NCBI GenBank assembly: GCA_038087875.1
Contig: JAXLNO010000562.1
Coordinates: 50,124-70,123, forward strand
Reading direction: 5' to 3'
Origin: Malacoraja senta
Lineage: Eukaryota
DNA length: 20,000 bases
In this document: positions 11,460-20,000 of the stretch, piece after piece
Layout: each line of letters opens with the position of its first letter
Numbering within the stretch: the stretch's first letter is position 1
Translations under genes and position numbers: made by a program
The notes under the pieces: generated by a model
Database searches by the model: none
What the model was told of the DNA's origin: nothing
Seen by the model: the letters and a program-made list of their open reading frames with translations, nothing else

Positions 11460-12926
11460 ATGGCGTTCTTGGGATACTTAGGCTGACCAGGGACTTTCGA
11501 CAAGAACCGTGAAACCTTTACCTCGTACTGTGAGCGAATGCAAATGTTTTTTATTGCAAATTACATTATTGAAGCTGAAGAAACAGAGGATGATGATAAA
11601 GTGCGGGTAAGAGCACAAAACAAGGCCTTCCAGGAACAAAAGAAAGCCATTCTATTAACTGCAATTGGTCCTGAAGTTTATGAAACTCCCACCAATATCT
11701 TAGCCCCAGAGACTGTTCTTTCAAAACTTGATGCTCACGTCAACCCTAAGCCCGTAGAGATTGCAGAAAGTTCCACATTTCACACAAGAAACCAGAAGAC
11801 GTGTGAGACTGTGGGTGGGTACATTATCTCATTGAAGAAGTTGTCTCTACACTACAATTTAGCAACCTTTCTGGATCGAGCTTTGCATGATAGATTTGTA
11901 TGTGGGATGCTGGATGAGCGAATCCAATCAAAATTACAACACACCAGCCCTTACCTTTGATTTGGCATGCTGTTTTGGCCATGGAGATGGCATGTCAAAG
12001 TGCACATGAGTTTCAACCAACACATGCTGGCACAGTCAACAGTCAAAAGGCAGTTCCAAAACACGAGCATGAAAAGGCAAGGAAAAGGCCTTCACAGCAA
12101 AGTTCTGGGAAAAGCGCAGATATGTGCTATCGATACTATGGTCAACACAAAGCAAATAAGTGCCAGTTCAAGGACTCTATGTGCTACAACTGTCAAAAGA
12201 AAGGCCATATTGCATCAGTATGTAGAGCACCAACGCAGGATAAAGCAAATCAAAAGGCTCGACAAAACCAAATGTGTGGGATTCACAACCTCGAAGAACA
12301 GTCAGAGAGTAATGAACCTGGAATGTATGGCATATATACTACGAACAGTGGGTCTGGAAAGGAAGACTTTCAGACCAGGTTCAAAGTGAACAATCAATAC
12401 ATTACTATGCCTATTGATACCACTGCTGATTGCACAATTATAAGCAAAGACATCTATGAATCCAAGTTTAGCAATATGCCTATCACAGAAACAAACGTTC
12501 TGCTGAAAACCTACTCTGGAGAAGTATTGGAGACATGTGGAGAGATAGTATGTAATGTACAACACAAAAGGCAAGACTTTGAAGTTGCCAATAGTTGTCG
12601 CAAGTTATGTCAATAGGCCAACGTTGATGGGCAAAAATTGGCTCCGCTTACTGAAACTAGACTGGAAATCTGTATTCCAAGTCGAAGCGCAAACACAACT
12701 GGCTCAATTGTTGCAGAAACATCATGCTATGTTCAATGACAGCTACGATGGCATAAAGGGTGAGCAAGCATACATCAGGATTTGACCCGATGTGGAACCT
12801 GTCTACTGTAGATCGCGACCAGTGCCATATTCACTGAAAAGTAAAGTGGAAGCTGAAATCACAAAGTTGGAACAAAACGGTGTACTGGTTAAAATAGATC
12901 GCAGTGATTGGGCTACTCCAATAGTT
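11460..12926 (+). pseudogene. Mag-like Ty3/Gypsy gag-protease-RT N-terminus (decayed)
   Basis: Gag start GTFDKNRETFTSYCERMQMFFIAN, then LLTAIGPEVY and ALHDRFVCGM. Two Zn knuckles, CYRYYGQHKANKC and CYNCQKKGHIASVC. Protease MPIDTTADCTII...TLMGKNWL. RT start RPVPYSLKSKVEAEITKLEQNGVL..IDRSDWATPIV. Contains an early stop and several frameshifts. Confidence 0.92.
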
Positions 12927-15050
12927 CGTTCAAATTCGAATTTATTGTCACATACACCAATTAAGGTACAGTGATATATATATATATTTTTTAAATATTT
13001 TTATGTTATTAGAAGTAAGTACAGTAATGTGGCACCAAGGTGCCTAATATATATTGGCATGTTACATTTTATGTACAGCTTCGTATTTTTTTTAATAATA
13101 AGAGAGAAAGAGATAGGTAATAAAAAATAGAAAAACGTGTGATGTGTTGGTGTGTGAAAAGGAAAAGGGGGGAAAGAGGGGAAGTAAAAAAAAAGAGAGA
13201 AAGAGAAAGAGTAGAGAGTAGGAGATTATAGGAGATAGTTATTTATATTCTTGACCATCCTTCAACCAGTCCTGAAACAGTTGGTTTCTACGATTTTGTT
13301 GCACCATATGCTTCCAATAAGTCGATAAATGGAGACCAACTCGTTAAGAATTGGTCTGGTTTGTCTGTTAGGAGGAATCGCATTTCTTCAAGATGTGCGG
13401 TGCCCAATATGTTTGAAATCCACATTTTAAGCGTTGGTATGGGTGTATTTTTCCACAATTTAAGTATACGTTTTTTTGCCGTTATTAACCCATAATTAAA
13501 AAATGAATTTTGAAATGTGTTCAAGTTGTTCCCGTCTTCCGTTACTCCAAGTATAATCATTTCAGTGTTAGGCTCCATTTTTTATCTTGAATAATTTTGT
13601 AAATATTTCAAAGATATCGCTCCAGAATTTATGACGTTTTATGCAGGAAACAAAAGAGTGTGTTATAGTGGCATTTTGAGATAAACATTTATCACAAATG
13701 GGAGAAGTATTTGGATAGAATTTATTCAGTCTAGTTTTTGAATAATATAATCTATGTAGAATTTTTAATTGAATTAAGTTATGTCTTACATTAATCGAAC
13801 ATATGTGTATATATATCAAATGCTTTTCCCATGTTTCTTTCGTGATTTTTATCATTAATTCTCGTTCCCAATCTTCTCTAAGTGCCTCTGTCGATGGTAG
13901 TTCTATGTTTAAAATACTATTATATAAATATGATATTAATTTCTGTGAGTCAGCCTTAATATTCATTGCTTCTTCCAGTGGATCTAAAGTTATAGTTTGA
14001 TGTCTTTGTATGTATTTCTTCATGAAGTCGCAGATCTGAAGGTATTTAAAATATTGGTTATTTTTCAGCTTAAATTTTAATTGTAATTGTTGGAATGATA
14101 ACAGATTTCCCATTTCATACATATCGCCGATCCTTTTAATTCCCATTCTTTCCCATTGGTTATATGTTTTATCGGTAAGAGATGGTTTAAATGAAGGATT
14201 ATTCACTATTGGCGTTAACAATGATAGGTTTCTTAATTTTAAAGTTAATTTTATTTGTTTCCAAATTCTTATTGTATTGTGGATAATTGGATTATTCTTA
14301 TATATTGTGTTGTTCAGTTTTATCGGGGAGAAGAGGATCGCTCCTATATTACAAGGAGAACAATCCTCTTTCTCCATTCCTATCCATTCTGTCTGTTGGG
14401 TAGGACTGTCCAACCAATAAATTATATTCTTAATATGCAATGCCCAGTAATAATACAAAAAGTTCGGAAGTGAAAGTCCCCCAGCGTCTTTGGGTTTACA
14501 CAGGTAAGGTACAGTGATATTTGAGTTACCATACAGCCATAATAAGTGAAAATCAACAATACACACAGCCACATAAAATAAAATTTAACATAAACATCCA
14601 CCACAGCGGAATCCACATTCCTCACTGTGCTGGTTGGTAATAAAGTTCAATCATCTTTCTCCTTTGTTCACCCATGGTTAGGGCCGTTGAACCCTCCGCA
14701 GTCGCCGCTGCCGACGGTCCGATGTCCAAAGCCCTCGCATCGGGATGATGGAAACTCCGGCATCGGGACGGATCGGAACACTCGGGAGCATGGAGCTCCC
14801 AAGTCGGCCTCTTCTTACCGGAAACCGCGGGCTTCACGGTGTTGAAGTCCACAGGCTCCACGGTCGAAGCTCTTCCTCTAGCAATCCTCGGCAAAAGATT
14901 GCACGCTCCGTGATGTTAAAGACCGCGTACCCGCGGCTTGAAGCTCCAGGCCAGTCTTCCGGAAAGGCCGCACCACTCCATGTTGTTAGGCCACAGGGGG
15001 GACAGAGATGCGATATGGTGAAAAATCGCATCTCCATCGAGGTAAGTGAC
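12927..15050 (-). mobile_element. Unclassified non-LTR-like repeat (pieces 12927-12977 and 14505-15050), interrupted by L1
   Basis: Minus-strand 3' tail cactgtaccttaattggtgtatgtgACAATAAAttcgaatttgaa (stem-loop, AATAAA, short repeats) and a GC-rich body at 14680-15040 with no recognisable protein. It replaces about 100 bp of the Gypsy RT. Confidence 0.6.
12978..14504 (-). mobile_element. 5'-truncated L1-clade LINE with 16-bp TSD
   Basis: ORF2 C-terminus LCKPKDAGGLSLPNFLYYYWA...LKILHRLYYS...CDKC...THSFVSC (CCHC), one frameshift near 13575, then AKKRILKLWK..W..FLTSWSPF and a stop at 13288. 3'UTR with A/AT-rich tail. TSD TAAGGTACAGTGATAT at 12962-12977 and 14505-14520. Confidence 0.93.
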
Positions 15051-15107
15051 ATACGCTGAACTTGCTGGTTCCAAGGTATTCTCTAAGCTAGATCTGACAC
15101 ATGCATA
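15051..15107 (+). pseudogene. Isolated Gypsy RT fragment between two insertions
   Basis: Translates YAELAGSKVFSKLDLTHA(Y), the RT motif-A region. Confidence 0.9.
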
Positions 15108-15301
15108 TCTATACAACTAAAAGTCTCATCTTGACCACTTCCTGTCTGCGCTGTATATTAATTTTAGAAAAAACGTTACCCTATATCGCTATGATTTTTG
15201 GCCATCTTACTCAGTCCTCCTCCGCTGAGGCAACCCTGAGGATTTTTCCGATCGATGAAAAATAAAAAAAGTTATGAGTGTTTAAAAAATCTTGAGATCA
15301 G

Positions 15302-15402
15302 CTGATTGGTCCTCTCGCCTGTCAGTCAGCATGACAAAGGTAACGCCCCTTCCGGGGGTGGGCAGGACTATAAAACCCCGGATGCCTGGACATGAGTCAG
15401 TC
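15302..15402 (+). promoter_or_regulatory. Pol II core-promoter-like module within the Helitron
   Basis: Inverted CCAAT CTGATTGG 15302-15309; GGGGGTGGG 15354-15362; TATAAAA 15369-15375; Inr-like TCAGTC with its A at 15399, 30 nt after the first T of TATA, overlapping an AP-1 site TGAGTCA. Confidence 0.45.
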
Positions 15403-15508
15403 ACTCTGGAAGATCGCGAGGGAGAGGCCACAACTGTGATTCTAAGCTGTGAATCAACTGAACTGTGAGGCTGCAATGTACTTGCAATAAATGATTAGTT
15501 AGCCCTTA

Positions 15509-16541
15509 ATGAAAATGCAATGAGCTGGTTGGCCTGCCCTGTGCTTGAAACTGCAATGGAAATGGAAATGAAATGAAACTGCAATGAGTTGTTTGGCCTG
15601 CCCTGTGCTTGAAACTGCAATGGAAATGGAAATGAAATGAAAATGCAATGAGCTGTTTGGCCTGCCCTGTGCTTGAAACTGCAATGGAAATGGAAATGAA
15701 ATGAAAATGCAATGAGCTGTTTGGCCTGCCCTGTGCTTGAAACTACAATGGAAATGAAAATGAAATGAAAATGCAATGAGCTGTTTGGCCTGCCCTGTGC
15801 TTGATACTGCAATGGAAATGGAAATGAAATGAAAATGCAATGAGCTGTTTGGCCTGCCCTGTGCTTGAAACTGCAATGGAAATGAAAATGAAATGAAAAT
15901 GCAATGAGCTGTTTGGCCTGCCCTGTGCTTGAAACTGCAATGGAAATGGGAATGAAAATGAAATGAAAATGCAATGAGCTGTTTGGCCTGCCCAGTGCTT
16001 GAAACTGCAATGGAAATGAAAATGCAATGAGTTGTTTGGCCTGCCATGTGCGTGAAACTGCAATGGAAATGGAAATGAAATAAATGCAATGAGTTGTTTG
16101 GCCTGCCCTTTGCTTGAAACTGCAATGGAAATGGAAATGAAATGAAAATGCAATGAGTTGTTTGGCTTGCCCTCTGCTTGAAACTGCAATGGAAATGGAA
16201 ATGAAATGAAAATGCAATGAGTTGTTTGGCCTGCCCGCTGCTTGAAACTGCAATGGAAATGGAAATGAATTGAAAATGAAATGAGTTGTTTGGCCAGCCC
16301 TGTGCTTGAAACTGCAATGGAAATGGAAATGGAAACTGAAATGAAATGAGTTGTTTGGCCTGCCCTGTGCTTGAAACTGCAATGGAAATGGAAACTGAAA
16401 TGAAATGAGTTCTTTGGCCTGCCCTGTGGCTTGAAATTGAAATGGAAATAGAAATGGAAATGGAAATGAAATGAGTTATTTGGCCTGCCCTGTGTTTGAT
16501 CTTGAAATGGAAATGAAATGAGTTGTTTGGCCTGCCTGAAA
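15509..16541. repeat. ~64-bp tandem satellite, about 17 units
   Basis: Unit TGAG(C/T)TGTTTGGCCTGCCCTGTGCTTGAAACTGCAATGGAAATGGAAATGAAATGAAAATGCAA; period 64 (e.g. 15649 to 15713). Confidence 0.97.
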
Positions 16542-16828
16542 CCATTAATTTCGGCCCACAAGGCCCCTATTAGCCGAGAAACGAGTCCCCTTTGCCCAAT
16601 ATGCCCTTATTAACCCAGGAGCAGCATTTTGGCCCAAAAGGCCCGTGCCATGCCAGGATAAGTCCAGAAAAAGTGCCTTTCACTGAAATTTCACTCAGAT
16701 ATTTTTTTTAAAGAGCCCCATTGGCCCATCAGGCTTGTACTGGCCCAGGAGGAGTCCCTTCGGCGCATCAGTAAGTATTCCCCCTGCAAGTATAAACCTC
16801 ACCCCAGTATTTTTCTCCACCCTCTCCC

Positions 16829-16831
<3 letters not shown>

Positions 16832-16882
<51 letters not shown>
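16832..16882. repeat. (CT)n(CA)n microsatellite
   Basis: About 21 CT units followed by 4 CA units. Confidence 0.95.
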
Positions 16883-16921
16883 GAGTCTCTCACCTGTTTT
16901 GGGCAGAATTTCTGGCAGTTT

Positions 16922-17078
16922 CTGAGCTGCCAGCCCCGAGTGACTGAGCTGCCAGCCCACCAGGCCTGAGTGACTGAACTGCCAGCCCACCAGCCCTGAG
17001 TGACTGAGCTGCCAGCCCACCAGGCCTGAGTGACCGAGCTGCCAGCCCACCAGGTCTGAGTAACTGAGCTGCCAGCCC
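16922..17078. repeat. 30-bp minisatellite, about 5 units
   Basis: Unit GAGTGACTGAGCTGCCAGCCCACCAGGCCT starting at 16938, 16968, 16998, 17028 and 17058 (partial), with a partial copy at 16922. Confidence 0.95.
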
Positions 17079-17271
17079 AAGAATCCATTCAGCCCACAAT
17101 GTCCGTACTAGCCCTCTGGAAACCAGTCTGACCCACAACACCCATACTAGCGCTCCAGAAAGCCCCCCCCCTCCACCCCACTGGCCACCAATATTGGAAT
17201 TGGTGGAGAGGTGTAATATTGCTTTGGGGGACCAGCCCTCCCATGTGAACAACGGGTCCCACTTAGTCTAG

Positions 17272-18476
17272 TGCTCAGCTAAATATTGATCGTAAGAGCC
17301 AGCACTACCTCACGCTAAACACACACATGGGGCTGTATTCCAACACAAAACTACCCAATGGTGTGAAGTCAGCATCAAAAATCTTCCACGCTACAAATGG
17401 ACAAGTTTCTGTAAGGAACATCACATTGTTTGAGCAATCAAGATGACTTGCTGATTGCCACTGATACTGAGGAGAATCTGGAAATACTCAGTGAAGTGTT
17501 GACACGGCTTGATGATCACAATATGAAGTTGAAAAGAAGCAAATGTGCATTCTTACTGGACGAGGTAGTGGATCTTGGTTTGAAAGTGGATCAACATGGA
17601 CCACAACCAGTGAAGGAAAAGATTGATGCTTTTGCAAACACACCTTCCTGGGTATGGTATAGTATTACTCATGCTTCTTACCCAGGTTAGCAACAAAGCT
17701 AGCTCCTCTTCACAAGTTCGTTGAAAAAGGATAAAAAATGGGAATGGTCCAAAGAGCAACAATATGCTTATGATGCATGTTAAAAGAGCTTGACCAGTGA
17801 TGCATTACTTGGTTACTACGATACATATCGCGAGTTAAAGTTAGCTTGTGATGCATCTAGTTGTGGGGTAGGAGCTGTGATTTCACATGTAATGGAACAT
17901 GGACAAGAACAGCCTATAGCATTTGCATCACACACACTTACCAAGAATGACCATAATTATGCACAAATCGAGAAAGAAGCCCTTGATATCATCTTTGGGA
18001 TCAAGAAATTCCATCAGTATCTATTGGTAGGAAAGTCACCCTGGTTACTGATCATACAACACTTCTCGCTATTCTTGGTCCTCGGTCAGCAATAACTACA
18101 ATGGCAGCCTCGAAGATGCAGCGCTGGGCAGTTCTCCTGTCACGGTATGACTACAGCGTTGAGTACCGCAGCTTTTTAAAAAATGCTGTCGCTGATGCAT
18201 TGTCGCATTTGCCTTATGAAGAATCAGAAGTGGGCACTGAAAGTGCTATCAACGTCACAGATGCAATGGACAACAACTTTTCAGTCACAGCAGCTGAAAT
18301 TGCTGCTGAAACGCAAAAGGACACAATGCTAAAACAAGTATACGAACAAACTTTGTGTGGATTGTCAGAAATAAAACCGTTCTAATGAACTAAAACATTA
18401 TGTGAGCAAGGGTATATTAAATGGGGTCACAGAGTAGCAGTACCCAATTGTTTCAGACAAAGATACTTAAAGAACT
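17272..18476 (+). pseudogene. Gypsy RT (remainder), RNase H and pre-integrase region (decayed)
   Basis: AQLNIDRKSQHYLTLNTHMGLYSNTKLPNGVKSASKIF, NQDDLLIA and KLKRSKCAF; RNase H LACDASSCGVGAVISH..PIAFAS..NYAQIEKEAL..FGIKKFHQYL; MQRWAVLLSRYDYSVEYR..ADALS; WGHRVAVP. Contains stops and frameshifts. Confidence 0.93.
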
Positions 18477-18802
18477 CAATAGACAATAGGTGCAGGAGTA
18501 GGCCATTCCGCCCTTCGAGCCAGCACCGCCATTCAATGTGATCATGGTTGAACATCCCCAATCAGTACCCCGTTCCTGCCTTCTCCCCATATCCACTGAC
18601 TCCGCTATCTTTAAGAGCCCTCTCTAGCTCTCTCTTGAAAGTATCCAGATAACTGGCCTTCACCGCCCTCTGAGGCAGAGAATTCCACACACTCACAACT
18701 CTCTGTGAGAAAAAAGTGTTTCCTCGTCTCCGTTCTAAATGGCTTACCCCTTATTCTTAAACTGTGGCCCCTGGTTCTGGACTCCCTCAACATCAGGAAC
18801 AT
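18477..18802 (-). mobile_element. CR1/HER1 LINE 3' end inserted in the Gypsy pol
   Basis: MFLMLRESRTRGHSLRIRGKPFRTETRKHFF, an intact 3'UTR and a (TCTATTG)-type tail at 18477-18490. Confidence 0.92.
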
Positions 18803-19760
18803 GGGTGGGGGGAGAGAAGAGGGGGGGGGGGGGAGAGAAGGGGGGGAGGAGAGAAGGGGGGGGTGGTGAGAAGGGGGGGAGGAGAGAAGGGGGGGAGGAG
18901 AGAAGGGGGGGAGGAGAGAAGGGGGGGAGGAGAGAAGGGGGGGGAGGAGAGAAGGGGAGGAGGAGAGAAGGGGGAGGAGGAGAGAAGGGGGAGGAGGAGA
19001 GAAGGGGGGGGAGGAGAGAAGGGGGGAGGAGAGAAGGGGGGAGGAGAGAAGGGGAGGAGGAGAGAAGGGGGGAGGAGAGAAGGGGGGGAGAAGGTGGGGG
19101 GGAGAAGGTGGGGGGGGGAGAAGGTGGGGGGGGGGAGAAGGTGGGGGGGGAGAAGGTGGGGGGTGGAGAAGGTGGGGGGTGGAGAAGGTGGGGGGTGGAG
19201 AAGGTGGGGGGTGGAGAAGGTGGGGGGTGGAGAAGGTGGGGGGTGGAGAAGGTGGGTGGGGGGGAGAAGGTGGGGGGAGAAGGTGGGGGGGAGAAGGTGG
19301 GGGGGGGAAGAAGGTGGGGGGGGGAAGAAGGTGGTGGGGGGAAGAAGGTGGTGGGGGGAAGAAGGTGGTGGGGGGAAGAAGGTGGTGGGGGGAAGAAGGT
19401 GGTGGGGGGAAGAAGGTGGTGGGGGGGAGAAGGTGGGGGGGGGGCGAGAAGGTGGGGGGGAGAAGGTGGGGGGGAGAAGGTGGGGGGGAGAAGGTGGGGG
19501 AGGGAGAAGTTGAGGGAGGGGAGAAGGTGAGGGAGGGGAGAAGGTGAGGGAGGGGAGAAGGTGAGGGAGGGGAGAAGGTGAGGGAGGGGAGAAGGTGGGG
19601 GGGGGGAGAAGGGGGGAGGAGAGAAGGGGGGAGAGAGAAGGGGGGGAGAGAGAAGGGGGGGGAGAGAGAAGGGGGGGAGAGAGAAGGGGGGGAGAGAGAA
19701 GGGGGGGAGAAGGGGGGGGGGAGAAGGGGGGGGGAGAGAAGGGGGGTGGAGAAGGGGGGG
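18803..19760. repeat. G-rich polypurine compound tandem repeat
   Basis: Blocks of GGAGAGAAGGGGG(G), GGAGAAGGTGGGGGGT, GGAAGAAGGTGGTGGGG and GGGAGGGGAGAAGGTGA; almost no C. Confidence 0.97.
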
Positions 19761-20000
19761 CAGAGAGGTTTTCCTTGGTCCTGAAAACTCCAATGAGCCA
19801 ATCAAAATGCCCTGGTCAGCGAAGGAGATTGCCTACGGCTGCCCTCGACTGCCCTGTAATTACATAGCGACCCACTCCACTACGAGTTCAAAAGAAGCAT
19901 GCCGACCAAATTTTACCCGCGGAAAATTTTGAACATGCTGAAAAAATTTCCGCGACCTAGCTGAGGCCATGAGTATTCGGGAACTTCCCTCGAGGGAGAG
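19761..20000. mobile_element. Probable non-autonomous DNA transposon (MITE, possibly PIF/Harbinger-like) internal segment
   Basis: CpG-rich, with the imperfect palindrome CGCGGAAAATTTTGAACATGCTGAAAAAATTTCCGCG (19918-19954) resembling recalled fish Harbinger-type MITE internal motifs; no TIR is visible in the window. Confidence 0.4.

Larger units (their letters stand above)
15108..17271 (+). mobile_element. Non-autonomous Helitron
   Basis: 5' TCTATACAACTAAAAG and 3' GGGTCCCACTTAGTCTAG, inserted between A15107 and T17272 with no TSD. Removal restores the RT codons GCA TA|T GCT CAG (HAYAQL). No Rep/helicase ORF. Confidence 0.88.

Noticed and set aside
11940..11975. Programmed frameshift within gag
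   Set aside because: No slippery heptamer is evident and the element has many other stops and indels, so decay is the simpler explanation.
15509..16541. CRISPR-like array (constant core with intervening segments)
   Set aside because: The intervening segments are near-identical GAAAT-type repeats rather than unique spacers, there are no cas genes, and the context is a eukaryotic intron.
15495..16561. Long repetitive minus-strand ORFs (272-348 aa)
   Set aside because: They occur in all three frames because the satellite unit lacks stop codons; the 64-bp period is not a codon multiple.
16768..17252. ORFs with WWAGSSVTQ repeats
   Set aside because: Translations of the 30-bp minisatellite and (CT)n tract inside the Helitron.
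18611..19867. Pro-rich (extensin-like) and Gly-rich ORFs
   Set aside because: Artefacts of the G-rich low-complexity tract; only the end of the 396-aa ORF is genuine, and it is CR1 ORF2.

Overview
Eukaryotic (vertebrate) genomic DNA, most likely a cartilaginous fish such as a skate or ray, inferred from its HE1-type SINEs and HER1/CR1-type LINEs. The minus strand carries four GT-AG coding exons of synaptotagmin-like protein 2 (SYTL2/Slp2): 9634-9521, 7310-7141, 4054-3952 and 2305-2144. They splice in frame to give the Ser-rich linker and the whole C2A domain. The upstream intron (about 11-20 kb) is a nest of transposable elements built on a decayed Mag-like Ty3/Gypsy LTR retrotransposon (+ strand; tRNA-Ser PBS, gag with two Zn knuckles, PR, RT, RNase H). 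Its RT is split by (i) an unclassified non-LTR-like repeat that is itself split by a 5'-truncated L1 with a perfect 16-bp TSD, and (ii) a 2.16-kb non-autonomous Helitron (A|TC...CTAG|T) whose removal restores the RT frame exactly. The Helitron carries a CCAAT/CACCC/TATA/Inr promoter-like module, a 64-bp satellite array, a (CT)n tract and a 30-bp minisatellite. The Gypsy sequence is then cut by a CR1 3' end, followed by a ~960-bp G-rich tract and a palindromic MITE-like sequence. Family assignments come from recalled motifs; no database searches were run.
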